Positions 1-13,731 are shown, numbered from the stretch's first letter. The stretch: DNA of 64,000 nt from Eledone cirrhosa (GCA_964016885.1 OZ024747.1:81034001-81098000); one strand, 5' to 3'. Made by a program: numbers and translations. Notes: generated from the letters alone by a model not told the origin.

Positions 1-364
1 CACATTCTAGAATAGCATAGTAGGAAACAGAATAGAATGGAGACCCAGCAACTTGCTGAAAATGTGCAAATGGCTTGCATAAGTTCATACTGCACTCGAG
101 AAATGGTGAAATAATATGCTTTCCAACAGAAATGTTTGGCTGAATGTCAGTAGACAGCCTGCCTATATCATTAACTTCGAGAGAAACAACAACACAAGTG
201 CATGAGGCAAAAGAAAACACCCTCAATGCCCACATAATGATGTACTCTAGCATAATGCAGCTAACAACTTCCAGGCCTGGGACACATACCAACACTGTAA
301 GGACTTCACAGAGATCACAAATCAAATAATGTCCCAGTAACAGGAGTAACAAACAGAGCGAGTC

Positions 365-881
365 TATAGAACAAACATAAAGATTCTACAATATTAAAAT
401 TTCTGACAATATCTTTGGCTTCATCGTTAATCGTGTTATAAGTTTTAGGTTTGGCTTTCAGGTATTTATTAGTTATGTTATGAAGGATAAGCTGGTTATT
501 CTTTTCTTTATCTGCCACATACAGATTTTTTGTCTTGTCAGAAAAGACAAAGACATTTTTAGATGATTTGAATTTGTTAATGTCTTTTAAAGATGTATTT
601 TGGAAAGGATTATGGTAATTACGGAATTAGATATTGGAGACTATATCTAATAAGTCAGCTCTGAATGGGACTGAATCCTTAAAACATTAGGGTGGGGGAT
701 TAATTTATTTAATGTTGAATTTCTCGGTGGCGGTAGTGGCCATAACTCTGTTGATTAGTAACGCTTTCTATCTCAGTCTACGTACTATAGCTTCTACATT
801 TTCAAGAAGCATTTTAGAGTAGAAAGTGATGGTTGGTGTCGGTATATTCTTGGTAGTGTTATTTATCCTAAATAGATTCAT
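365..881 (-). mobile_element. Penelope-like element (Naiad-type), decayed N-terminal part of RT ORF
   Basis: Minus-strand translation gives TKNIPTP..YSKMLLENVEAIVRRLR*KA..DLLDIVSNI*FR..PFQ..VFVFSDKTKNLY..NITNKY..INDEAKDI, matching PLE N-terminal motifs (KNIP, RMRWKA, ADKTxNxY); in-frame stops present. Confidence 0.7.
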
Positions 882-1147
882 TTTGTTGTAATGAAGAAAC
901 TCCTTATATCCAAATAGTGCTCAAAACAACGGGATAATTTATGCAAGTCAGTAGAAATTCTTTAATATACTTTTAATGGTGTATTCAAACTTGTTCAAGC
1001 GCCTGATGACTTGGACACAAATTTGGTAGCTCTACCACTCTGCATCCCCGTGAACAATCTGGGGAGATGACCATAACTGGACTTTTAAATCTTAGGTAGC
1101 GTTTTTGTCCTCTGTATGATCAGAAACATTTATAGTATTATATATAA

Positions 1148-1534
1148 AGGCAGTGGATTGGCAGTATAGGTAGAGAGTCGGACGCCATGCTTTCCAGCAT
1201 AGTTACGTCCATTTACGATCTAAGTTCAAATCCCGCCGAGGTTAACATTGCCTCATCCTTACAGGGTCGATAAAATAAAGTACCAGTAATGCACTGGAGT
1301 AATTGCTGGCCTTGTGCCAAAATAAGAAACAATTATATATAAGGGTGGTGGATTGGCAGTATCGGTAGAGGGCCAGACGCCATGCTTTGATGCTTAGAAT
1401 CATAGCCCTTGCCATTCTGAGTTCAAATCCCGCCAAGGTTAACTTTGCCTTTCATCCTTACGGGGTCAATTAAATAAAGTACTAGTAATACACTGGGATA
1501 ATTGCTGGCCTTGTGCCAAAAGTAGAAACAATTA
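1148..1534 (+). mobile_element. Two tandem tRNA-derived SINEs (family A)
   Basis: A-box-like TGGCAGTATCGG and B-box GTTCAAATCC; central GCCTTTCATCCTTACGGGGTCGATAAAATAAAGTACCAGT; tail GGCCTTGTGCCAAAAGTAGAAACAATTA; many further copies in the window. Confidence 0.85.
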
Positions 1535-1626
1535 TATATTAGCTCTCACACCAGATTGAGCATTGTTTCCCTTTTTCCTTTTTCCTATCCACAGATATTT
1601 TACCACACACACACACACACACACAT

Positions 1627-1699
<73 letters not shown>

Positions 1700-3534
1700 T
1701 TTGTTTCTTATCACAGTCTCATCTGTTTATAGAGATATGAGTGGCAAATCAATAAATGTCCATCTCAGAAAGATATAGATTCTTTATAGAGAAATATATG
1801 GAGTGTGGTTGAAAGAAATCCAAAGGAACTATTATCCCCTCAAATGATACAACATAAATGGTAATAGAGATGAGACTGTGATGAGAAAACTTCAAGATAA
1901 GAACACACCAGGAAGAGACTTGATTGTTACCTACTGGTACAGGTAGTTGACTTTCTATCAGATGCATCTTATCAAACTCTAATGGCAAGTTCTCAATAGA
2001 GATTTACATATACCAAGATGATTGGCATCGGCACAGACAAAATAGGTCCCCCCGAATCAAAGACACTCACTTTAGAGAAAAATACTGACCTATTGCAGGC
2101 CAGAATCTAATGTATAAAATACATATAGCCTTTATATGATTTGCCTTACACCAAAATTCAAATATCTGATCATCATCCAACTCCATATTCAATCTATATT
2201 TTTCTTGTTTTTTCTATTATGAAGGGCTCTAATATCAAATGATTAGAATTTGCTTTTTCACACTAAAATCCCAATAGTTTTTAATACTATTTAACTGATT
2301 TGAAGAGTTTCTGATCATGCTCAAACCCCAGTACTGTAACCCCCACCCATTTCTCTAGTTTTAATTTTCATGTTTTTATTATGTTAAGGATGAGGAGCAA
2401 TGAAGGCTCACTGGTGCTTTGTTCCAAACCATAAAGTAGGGATAACTATGTGACCTAAGCCTAGTAATACTTTGCCTGACAGATTGACATATTATGTATC
2501 TAACCACTGTGATCTCTTCTTATATAAAAGTGATGAGATGACGTTTTGTGGAAATAAATAAGATACAGTCAGTGTTTACAAGAATCAAATGAAATTGCAA
2601 TATTTGCCATTTTCAAAGTAAGTTTTCTACTAATCAGCAATATACAATATATATTGTAATTTTAATTGTAATTGAAAATTTCTGCTACAGAATTATAAAG
2701 TTTACCTCAAAGAATGATGGGGATTATCTTTTAATCATTGTGAGAGGGAGAGATGAGGAGGAGGAAAAAGATTCAAATGAATGAAAATGAGAAATGAATT
2801 ACGTGTATCTTTTATCTGCTGTCTGTTCAGGATTAGTGGTAAATATCTGTTCGAACATGACTGTTGCAACTAACTAGATTTCCTTGTGTTTTTCTCAAAT
2901 AGATAGAGAACTCATTTGAATGAAAACATCTGAATGATGGCAACAATGAGTGTGGGGGATTAAAAATGGCCACAGTCCGCCACTTTCCAGCGGCTTGTTT
3001 GGTCAGTGATTAATATTCGGTACAGCTGGTGTCTGTGTTTTGAATCAACAAGGAGGCAATTAATAATATTTAATATGAAACATTATTGTAGTTTGTAGGA
3101 TTATGCTGGCTTTCTGTCAAGTTGAATAAGTCCAGTACAAAACTTTGATTTTTATCTCTAACATTCTACATGTGTGCGTGGGTGGGTTATATATCTGAGT
3201 GTATATATACATAAATGTATGAATATAAGTTCGACAAATGTTTTCTTTTTTCTAGGTGAGGTCACGTTGCTAAATGTCACTTTTGGTTTAATATAATTGA
3301 ATAGAGGTGCTTGTTTACTGATATGAAAATCAATGTAAAAGGTCTTAGTTATATACAATTGTCTTCCTATTTTTTTTTTTTATTTACTTCAAATATATTG
3401 AATACATACAGATTTACTATATTTTCTTCGCATAAAGAAGCCATTTATATAAAGATAGTTGTTAGCTTCATTAACCTAGGTAATCTAATTAGTAGGATGT
3501 TTTGAATGCATATTAGAATAAGAACAGAGTGTGA

Positions 3535-3930
3535 AAAATTTCAGGAACCTGTTACTTCTACTGGTAACAAGAAGATTCTCTTAAGTGAGGGGCAGATATC
3601 ATGATGTTTGTGTATAGAGTGCAGTGTTGCTTGAAATTAAAATACAGACATTGAGTGCAGAAGACGCGTCATGCCTGGAAGAAAATGATATGAACATGCT
3701 ACACTAGATATGAGTTGTTAGTGGACATGAAAGATGGAATTCAAATAAGCTTAGTGAAAAACTGGGTATAAGAGGAATTAGATGTAGTTTGTGAGAGAGA
3801 AGACTGTGTTAATACAGACACATGATGTATATGAAGGATGAAAACTAGGCTGTCAGGTGATCTAAGGAAAAAGCATCTGTAGAAGAGTAACATCAAGGAA
3901 GACATGAGTAGAAGTGGGGAAAATTGATAC
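3535..3930 (+). mobile_element. Old RTE LINE 3' remnant
   Basis: Degenerate similarity to the FRELLPLL..KGRLYDAC..ERNE..RW.GH region of the RTE at 21.8-24.2 kb. Confidence 0.5.
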
Positions 3931-5228
3931 AAAACTGTTTTTTTTAAAGTGTTTATAGTTATTTAATCTTATACCATTCCGTCTGTATGTAAGGACCTTT
4001 GTTAAAATATGTACCATCTTATTAATGAAGAATTTAGTTATATTATTAAATTTCTCCACATTTTAAATATTTTTCAAAATTATTTGAAAACAACAGTCAA
4101 TATCCCTCCTTAAAAATATGGTAGCAAAAGTATTAATGGTAACAGAGTTTCTTCTAAGACATAAAATGTTGAACTATGTGAAATACATAAGTACCAGGTG
4201 TAAATCTCAAATACCTTTCTTTGCTAAATATATTTTTTCAATCCTGCACATTGGAGGACAACATGAAACATTACTTTATTCCTTCATTTTTCTTTTTTCC
4301 TTCTGCCATGCCAAACTCTTTCAACAATCTTTATTAAAATTGTCATTCAATCTGAATTTTGTAAACTGTGGTTGTGTTGGTAGTAGTGGCAGTCATGGTG
4401 GTTATGATGGAGCAATAGTAAAATGTTTCATTCTTATCTGTCTTCACATTATTCCAACAGCAGTTGTCCATATCTCTTTGGAGGAATTGATTAAAAGTAG
4501 AATTAACTATCATTCAAATTCTTAGTTAAAAAAACCCACCAGAAAATATGAAAAATATTCTTATTCTAAACAACTATTTATTTAAAGCTAAAATATAATA
4601 CTGATTTCATAGTTAGGCATAGATATACGGGGAGGGAAGGGGGAGAGTACAAGACAGTGAGAAAGGGGAATGACTGACATCGTTTAACTGGGATACTTTA
4701 AACAGAAGTGTGAGTAATATAAAACAGTATTTGTTTAACCCTTTTGATGCAAAACTACCTCAAATGACCTCTGGTTCTGTGATATAAAACTTGTTATTTC
4801 AAAATGCTTATATTTATAATAAAATGTTGATTTTTGCTTCAAGCATTTTATATGATATATATTTAATTTGAAAAACATTCCATCAAAATTTTTCTACGAA
4901 ACATTATTGAATTATTTTCCCAATACCAAATTAATAATGCTAATGAGAAAATCCGTCCAAATTCCTGATTATTTCCAAAATTAAATATAAATCATAAGCA
5001 ATGTCTTAGAATAGAAATGTGGTTAATGAAAGGGTTAAATTGGATAAGAAAACCATGTTATTGACTTGGCTAACCAATCGTCTTATCACATACAATCTAT
5101 TATAGACTTCATTAAAAGATAAGATATTAATTTCTCTGACTTCAGATTTAGTTACAGCTTCAAGATATATATATACACACACACACATATATATATATAC
5201 ACACATATACATACATACACACACACAT

Positions 5229-5264
<36 letters not shown>

Positions 5265-5354
5265 TTAGGTCAATAAAAAGTCCATGTAAAGAAAGTGTCA
5301 AAACGTCTTCAGTGTATCTCGTAAAAGTCTGAAAGATTGGATACATACATACAT

Positions 5355-5790
5355 ACAGAGTTTCTCAGTTCTTTGAGGAAATGTTTGGTATTAGCTCTAA
5401 CTTTTTTTCTAACTTGTTTTGATTATCATTCATTTTCTGATAAATGATGACATACATCAACCTAACTCAGCATATGATAAGGCTGACTGTTATAGTTGCC
5501 TTAAGTGCAGAGCCTAGTCATTTAGAGATTGCTCACTTCTTGAATGTTACACTGCCACATGTTACCAAAGTTCACAAAGAGTTGGAAGCCATTGTCATGG
5601 ATTCTACAAAAGTTGCCAAACAAAATACCTGCTAAGGGTCCTAATATGACCAGAAGATCCAAATTGTATGAATGGTGCAATACATTATTGATAAGAACCC
5701 CAAAAAACCAATTAGTGCTATTATTAAGAAGCTGATTTTCAATATGACTTACTGAAAGTCTTGAAGATGGTGACTGAGCATCATTCCACA
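5355..5790 (+). mobile_element. Decayed Tc1/mariner (maT-like) 5' remnant
   Basis: TACAG start; HTH-like IVALSAEPSHLEIAHFLNV..VTKVHKEL; no catalytic domain or second TIR seen. Confidence 0.4.
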
Positions 5791-6398
5791 ATGATTAAAA
5801 CTAGTTGATAAAATGTTTTTGTTATACTCAGGTAAAAGGAATTTGTTTCTCACTCTTCCTCTCTTAAATAAATAACTCACATTTCCCTGCTACACCAAAA
5901 TCATTTCAGTAACATAGAAATTCATCCAAACACACAACTTTTCTTATATATATTGTTCTTGTTCATTGCTGATATTATTATAAATGAGATATTATTGAAA
6001 ACTAAGTAAAACTAATACAATTGTTCCAATATTGGCTGCTTTCTGCTGCTGCTGTTGCTGGACACAATCTCATTTAATAATGTAAATGATCTATTTATAT
6101 TAATGAATTTATCTCATTAAATAATTGAAGGTAATTTGTAATAATGGTTGATATGTTGATAAAACTCCACTCTCTAAATACACATGCAGATACATATGTT
6201 TGTTTATATATATATATGTATGTGTGTGTGAGTGAATGTGTGAGAGAGAGGGTGGAGCAGAGTATGTGTGGGTATGTATGTGTCTGTGTGTTTGTATACA
6301 CACACACACATGTATGTATGTATATATTTATATATATGTATGTATATATATATATATGTATGTGTATATATATATATATATATTATATATATATATGC

Positions 6399-6430
<32 letters not shown>

Positions 6431-6453
6431 ATATATGTATGTATATATATATG

Positions 6454-6544
<91 letters not shown>

Positions 6545-7031
6545 TCATCATCATTTTATGATGATATATATATATATATATATATTTCATAGTTCCACTT
6601 GTTTGACAAGTGACTTTATCTGAGACCCCGTATTGAAGCTGAAGCAATTATCTTGTGACAGTGTCATTTAAACATACATATATAATCATTATACAAACTC
6701 TAGGGGATATAATGTTACGTATGTGTTTTAAATGTGTATTATGCTGTTTGCACCATAGAAAATTGCAGAGATGTTAGAGCTTAGGAGAAAATATTACAGA
6801 GCTCAAAATTGCCTTTCATCATTTTGAATCGATAAAATAATGTATCAGTCAATGACGATGGGTGGGCAGTGATGGCCACTTACTGACTATATCTAGCTAT
6901 ATATTCTTTCTGCTGTCACTTCCAACATTTGCTATTTCAGAGCTGCCAATGTCTTCCATCATATTGTTACAGGAAAACTGGAGAGCCAACATCAACTGGA
7001 AACTGTTTGACCAGCCACTCTTTATCTAAAG

Positions 7032-7538
7032 TAGTGGTTCTCAACCTTTTGTTTGCCAACGGCACACCTTGGAACACATGAAAAAATAGCGGCACACCTT
7101 GGAACACATGAAAAAATAGCGGCACACCTTGGAACACATGAAAAAATAGCGGCACACCTGGCTAAATATATATGAAAAATATTTGAATTTCACAAAATAA
7201 AAACATGGCGAGTCATAGACGGCATACAGCTGTAGACACAAACTAGTCATAGACGGCATACAGCTGTAGACACAAACTAGTCATAGACACATAGAATGAC
7301 TCAAACTAAATAAAGAAAAAACACAGCTATTAACTTATTTATTGCAGTGTTTCGAATTTCATCAGTCAAATAGTAGGCTTCTTTAGTGAGAAATTTGTGC
7401 CTGGCTTTTATTCATAATTTCCTGAATGTTTGGTCGAATATGAGACAGACACACCCTCATTTCTTCTTCCGTTGTATGTAATCACATTTTCTTAGTGTGC
7501 CGTTCAAAATTTTGTGGCACACTGGTTGAGAATCACTT
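7032..7538 (-). mobile_element. Non-autonomous hAT (Buster/Charlie-type) element
   Basis: TIRs TAGTGGTTCTCAACC / GGTTGAGAATCACTT; 8-bp TSD ATCTAAAG/ATCTAAAA; minus-strand transposase C-terminus EEEMRVCLSHIRPNIQEIMNKSQAQISH* (about 7383-7469); internal 30-bp x3 and 34-bp x2 tandem repeats. Confidence 0.85.
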
Positions 7539-8786
7539 ATCTAAAACATTACTAAATCAGGCTCTGATAGTATCAGCTTTCCTCTAAGAAGATTCCTCCC
7601 ATCTGTCGTCAATGTGAGAATCATTTCAATCAGAATGACTTTCTTTGTCTCTACAGACAATATTTTCTGAGGAAACTGTTATGGTGCCATCTATATCTCC
7701 CCTAGGTAAGTCCAGTGTTGTATACTGCCAGTATCTGCACTATCTTTTACATTATATATATAGAATCTATACTCCGACATGCTTGTTATCGCCTTCTTTT
7801 CTGAAAACGGGACAGAGAGGGGTGGGTGCAATAGGCAGAACCCTTGAATTTTCAGAGTCACAGAGATTTCTTCAGTTCGAATCACAGAGGAATGAAGGGA
7901 AGGGAACACTTGGAGTTACAGATAAGCACCTCTCAGCCATTTAAATTTATAGAAAAGCTGGGGTTGATTTAATTGCTTTTCCCTTCCCTCAAATTGCTGG
8001 CCTTGTGCCAAATGTAGAAACAATTGTTATTATTATTATCATTAGCATCCTCATCGTCATCATCATCATCATTATTATTATGAACGACGTCAAAGATGCT
8101 ATCAAAGTGGAAAAAGAATTGGTTACACATTTATCAACTTCCTTTGAAACTAAATCTGGTCTTTATATATTTATATATATACACATATATATACACATAT
8201 ATATATATATATATATATATATTCATATATAAAGAGAGAGAAAGAAGAAGAGAGAGATGTGACATGAAAAGAACCCTCAAAACATTATATAAAAACTGAA
8301 ATGCCTTGCAATATAAACAGAATAATAACATGAGAAGATGATAAAGCAATGATGTTTACAAAATGTAAATTTATTTACATGATAATGGTTGAATAGCAGA
8401 ATAAAATGTGTTATTGGTGGTGAAGTGTGGAAGGGATAGAGGCAAAATGAAAATAGGAAAGATTTGATAAGACGGCGTAATGATACATGGTTGATGCTTG
8501 AGTAAAAATTGTTTATTTATCTAGTAAGTTTATTATTTAATCTCTAAAAGGGGAATGAATGTATATTTCCTTACAGAAAATGTGCTGAAATTTTCAAATA
8601 CCTGTTACTGTTTTGTAGAAAATAAATGGGGAAATAAAAGCAAAGAAATTAGTGACAATGTTGGTGGGGATATAAATGTTGGTTGATGTGAGTAATATTT
8701 GTGGAAATAACACTAATAACAGTGATTCCCTATATATATATAATATATATATATGTATGTATATAACAAAGTGGGCTGTGTAAGAT

Positions 8787-8943
8787 ACCAGGTGGACCAT
8801 AACACACCAGAGTACTCAATACTTAGGGTAGTAGAGTGGGTAATAGGAAAAGAGTCAGAACCCTGGCAGCTGAGCTCCGGCCATTTTGATCTAGCTCTTG
8901 AAATGGCCAGAGCTCAGCCATCGGGGTCCTGATTCTTTTCCTA
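8787..8943 (-). repeat. Fold-back element (imperfect hairpin 8844-8943 plus tail), family shared with 38277-38470
   Basis: About 43-bp inverted arms; flank GGACCATAACACACCAGAGTACTCAATACTTAGGGTAGTAGAGTGGGTAATAGGAAAA is nearly the reverse complement of about 38400-38457. Confidence 0.75.
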
Positions 8944-8989
8944 TATGTATATATATATAAACTGGCTGTTTTTCCTGTCTTCATATCCT

Positions 8990-9290
8990 TAGTCATGTTA
9001 TTTACCATACAGCTGTTAACTTTGATGGCTGGTCTTTATGTAGGGCACCCCCACTCTCACATGCATTTCCTCCTTCAATAACTCTTCATAACAACACTTC
9101 CATGAATTCTTCTTTTCAGCATCAACAAACTGCTGTCATTCCACACAGACATCTCTCCTAGAACATCTCAGTTCTCCTACTTCATTATGAACATCAGTAT
9201 CATAGCCTCCAAGCACCTTTTGATATCCATCCTGTTGATGCCCACATGTCCACTGATGTAACCACAACATTGGAATGATAGTAGGAGTGT
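8990..9290 (-). mobile_element. Old RTE LINE remnant
   Basis: Minus strand VLGEMSVWND..DAEKKNSWKCCYEELLKEE aligns with VIGEKCIRND..AEKKDAWKSHYDRLLNEE of the young RTE. Confidence 0.55.
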
Positions 9291-11875
9291 AACTAGTGGT
9301 CTACATAATTTCTAAATAGTTGGTAAATGATAACCAGAGTTTAACTATCAGTCTATGTAATTTGTAAATATAATTGACAGTTCTTTGGGTAATATGTCTC
9401 AAGCTATTGTGTGAAGCAAGTTCTAAATTCTGATACTAAAATAACAATTTTACATTAACACTCTTATCCTGAAGATGTTGTGCAACAGAATAAAAACAAA
9501 TAGGAAATAGAAATTAGAAAATGGCTAAGAACAGTGAATTAATTTTGACTGGGATAAAACTATCGATTAGAAACAAAACATTGTATATTTTAAAAGGTAC
9601 ACATGATGGTTTTTCCTCATCTGCGGGTGTTATGTTTAGCAATATACAGCACGCTTCTATTCTATGTAGAGGTGTATGAATAGAAGTACTTTGGGCAATG
9701 TTAAAATGATAGTTCTAAATTCAAATATTGAAATAACAATTTTATATTAAGACCTATTGGGGAAATAATATCCTGAAGATGTTTCAGAAGAGAGTAAAGA
9801 TAATATAATATTGTGTGAAAATAGGGGTGTATGTAATTTGTAAATAGAAATGGTAGTGTTCTAAGTAGTATGTTCCAAAAGAACGAATTGAGTAAAACAT
9901 ACATTGTTCTAAATTCTGATACTGTTTCAAACAACATCACCAACGAGCATTTTAAGGCCATTTTCCCTGCTAAAGCAGTGATTACTTTTGCATGCCCAAT
10001 GATATGGAGGTTTTTTAAAGCAATCTTTTTAGCGAGATGCTGTTCTTGGTACCAACCATTCTAGTTACCTCTTACAATAAGCAGGGAAATGGTGTACCGA
10101 TTCTAAATCTCTTTCTCTGTGTGCAGTAACAGGCAGAAAATAAAACCAGCAGCCAATCTTGTGCACTATATATTAGTATGTGGTCAGTAATTCAGTACTA
10201 TAACCAGATATTTATTGTTTTACTCTCAAATAATAAAACTTCCAGTAATGAAAAACCATAGGGACAAAACGAATTTTTCATGCCATTAATATAAGAAGAT
10301 TAGTTTTACTGAACATAATTGAAATTTTATTGCTGATGGCAGTTGGGAGACTAAATATCAGAACAACACAAAATAGACTTAAAAAGTTAAAAACGTGAAA
10401 GAAATTTCAAATAAGAGGAGAAAATTAATACAAAAAATAAAAATAAAATCAAGCCACTATCAATTTCAAAGTTGTTACTTTCTGCTATTTTATAATTGCA
10501 CAGATGTGTAGAGAATTATCATGGAGAGAATAGTTGTGGAGGGACTTCAGCTTTTTAACATATATCAGAAATCTCTTCTATGGAATTAGACCATTGTGCA
10601 GGCAGTAAATCACAAATAAGCAGTGAATGTGTAATGTGTGTTTCTTTTGCATGCTAGCATGGGACATAAGCAATAAAATCAGTATTGATGATAAATGCAT
10701 TTGGTCAAACACGCATTTATTACGCTCTACACACACACACATATATATATATATATACATACACATATCTATGTTACATATATGAATCTACACACAAACA
10801 CGTGTGTGAAGACAGTAAGAGAGAAAATACCAAAGTGAGTATTTTATGCATACATGTGTCCTTATATGTCTATATGTGTAATATATTTATATAATTTGGT
10901 GTGTTTATGTATGCAATTATATTCCATTCTCTATGTGTATGTATCTGCGTCTGTATGTATATGTTTCTCTCTCTCTCTTTCTGAATATATATATATATTA
11001 TATATATATATATATATACTTATATACATATACATATATATATACATGTTTACACAAATAAACTCATATTTATGTATGTATATATGCAGATACACACACA
11101 TATATGTCCATTCATGCATACAATGCTGGTTACATGATCAATTTCCTCCCCTTTAATCCGACCATAGAGCTAATGTAACCATGTCATACATCATCCACAT
11201 GAATGTTTTTCTTTTTTATAATTTCATCGTTTCCTTCTTGTCATATTTATACTTTTTATTGTTTTGTTATGTGTCCCTCATTTACAACGAGACCAACATA
11301 AACATCAAGATATTACATAAGCCAGGCATACATTTAAAGAATAGTTCTGGATATCATTACGTTTATGTAACAAAATAAAACAATAATCACCATCACTGAC
11401 ATAAGTAGTTATTTTTCATATATTTATATGGTAACAGGTTGAAGGGATTTGTACAATAAACATATTCCTAGTCTTATTTCCTGTGTGAAATCATCTGAAT
11501 CATTCCCAAACTAACTATGGTCTGATTTAACTACATTTATCTGGATTGCTATACACTATCTCTCTATCTAAAATTAGTTGAAGAAAAATTTCTTTTAACG
11601 CTGTAAATATAGTCTCTGTACACTACATATCTATAAAAGCACAGTGGCTAAATATTTTATATTTTGTCTTAACACATTTAAAGGCAATGATATAGCTTTA
11701 CTTTCAGGTATATATATATATATATATATTTAAAAAAATAGAGGTGTAACACACGAGTTGTGATATATTAGTAAAAGGAAAAGAAAATGCTGACAAAAAT
11801 TAGTAATAAGTATTAGTTAGTATTCAGTTTTAGTTTTAAGTTTATACCGGTTGCGCATTTCTAATGCTTTTCAAA

Positions 11876-11958
11876 AATAATTTTGAGATAGAGCGCCCGT
11901 GATGTTTGCTCTAATCTGATTAGAGCAAACATCACGAGCGCTCTATCTCAAAATTATT
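11876..11958. repeat. Palindrome, 41-bp arms, 1-nt spacer, abutting (TA)n
   Basis: AATAATTTTGAGATAGAGCGCCCGTGATGTTTGCTCTAATC-T-GATTAGAGCAAACATCACGAGCGCTCTATCTCAAAATTATT, one mismatch. Confidence 0.9.
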
Positions 11959-11994
11959 ATATATAAAATATATATATATAATATATATATATAT

Positions 11995-12028
<34 letters not shown>

Positions 12029-12112
12029 AAATATATATATATATATAAAATATATATATATATATATAAAATATATATATATAAAATATATATATATATA
12101 AAATATATATAT

Positions 12113-12170
<58 letters not shown>

Positions 12171-12427
12171 AATGAAAAATGGTGAGCTGTGTTGTTGCAA
12201 ATATGATATATATAATAAAGAATTAGAAATAGAAGCCAGGACTATCCCTTTTTATCCCAATAACTTAATTTAGTTATTGTATTGCCCTAGCCGGAGGTAT
12301 AGAGTCTGTAATGCGAAGAAATACCTATGATGGCTAGTAGACCACTGATGATGGATAGTCCTAACTTCTATTTCTAATTCTTTATTATATATATATATAA
12401 ATGTATATATATATGATGAGAGATGAG

Positions 12428-12500
<73 letters not shown>

Positions 12501-12505
12501 TATAT

Positions 12506-12676
12506 AACCCCCACTCACACCTGCATTCCACCCCTCCCCACCTCCCGTATACTAACACCCACTAACACCTCTTCACCAAACTACACACACACCAGTACAC
12601 CACACTCCCTCTATAGAACCACACACACCCTTCTCTCCCCGCTCCACACTCACTCATCCCACTAACACCCCTACTA

Positions 12677-12721
<45 letters not shown>

Positions 12722-13689
12722 CCTCACTCCAACTCTCACACCTACCCATCCTCGCCTCCCTACCATTCCGCCGACTGCTGCTATGCCCTTCCGACCACTG
12801 TCTGAGCACCAACTGACCACAGCACTTCCACTGCTGACCACTTCCTGTTGCGCGCGCACCCCACATCTCTCTTCTTCCGACCACCGCTTCTTGGATTACC
12901 CACACGCGTTATTGACTTCCAACCAAAATCTCCATACATCCGTGTAACTTACAACTTTTCAACCATCCTCTTACACCATCACCTATATAACTCACCCACA
13001 CACACACCCCCAAAAAAATTTTTTCATCCACACGCCACCCACACCCACAACACGCTTAAACCACACCCACGTGCTTCCCACCACATATTTACACCCTCAG
13101 CCCCCTGGTTCCTCTCCCCCCACCCCCCTATCCACACACGCACAGACCCTCCGACCCACAAAAACACCCCCCACACACACCTTCCTGAACATGCAACCCC
13201 GTTCTTCTCCCAACCCTCACTTTCACATACACACACACACACACACACGCACACCTAACCACACACACCACCTTCAGCCCTCCCCGCTCGGACACCCCGT
13301 CTCCCTCTCCCCACTCCACCCGCCACCACCTCTACTCACCCCACACCCTTCCACCACCTGTTTACCCCCCTTTTAATTTCAGTTTATTTTGATCATGCCT
13401 TTATTTTTAAATTTTCTCATTCCTTGTATTTTGATCATGCTTTATTTTTATTTATTATTTATTATATTTTTGTCTTTATTTGTTAATTTTTCATTCGCAC
13501 CGTTTCCTTTCGCTATATGTCTCTCCACCACTCCCCTACACACCTTTTGAACTCTGTTCCCACACACTTCTCACCTGAAGAAGGGTTATGCCCGAAACGT
13601 CGTCCCCCACCTACCCCCCACTCTCCTGAGCGTGAATTTAATAAACATTTATCGTACTGCCTCTCTGTTCTGTCCCTGTTCAATTTTTC

Positions 13690-13692
<3 letters not shown>
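12506..13692 (+). mobile_element. Probable Penelope-like 3' fragment: C-rich degenerate body plus hammerhead-bearing terminal region
   Basis: Bounded by (TA)n on both sides; CTGAAGA-AGGGTTATGCCC-GAAACGTCGTC at 13575-13604, then AATAAA and a pyrimidine-rich tail; body not translatable with confidence. Confidence 0.5.
13575..13604 (+). ncRNA. Degenerate minimal hammerhead motif
   Basis: CUGAAGA, stem II GGG/CCC with an extra A, GAAAC, GUC triplet; stem I not paired. Confidence 0.5.

Positions 13693-13729
<37 letters not shown>

Positions 13730-13731
<2 letters not shown>

Noticed and set aside
1749-2160. Possible old LINE RT remnant on the minus strand (GIIVPLDFFQ)
   Set aside because: Too degenerate to support by eye
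7060-7290. Regular 30- and 34-bp repeats resembling a CRISPR array
   Set aside because: No unique spacers, no cas genes, eukaryotic context; they lie inside a hAT element
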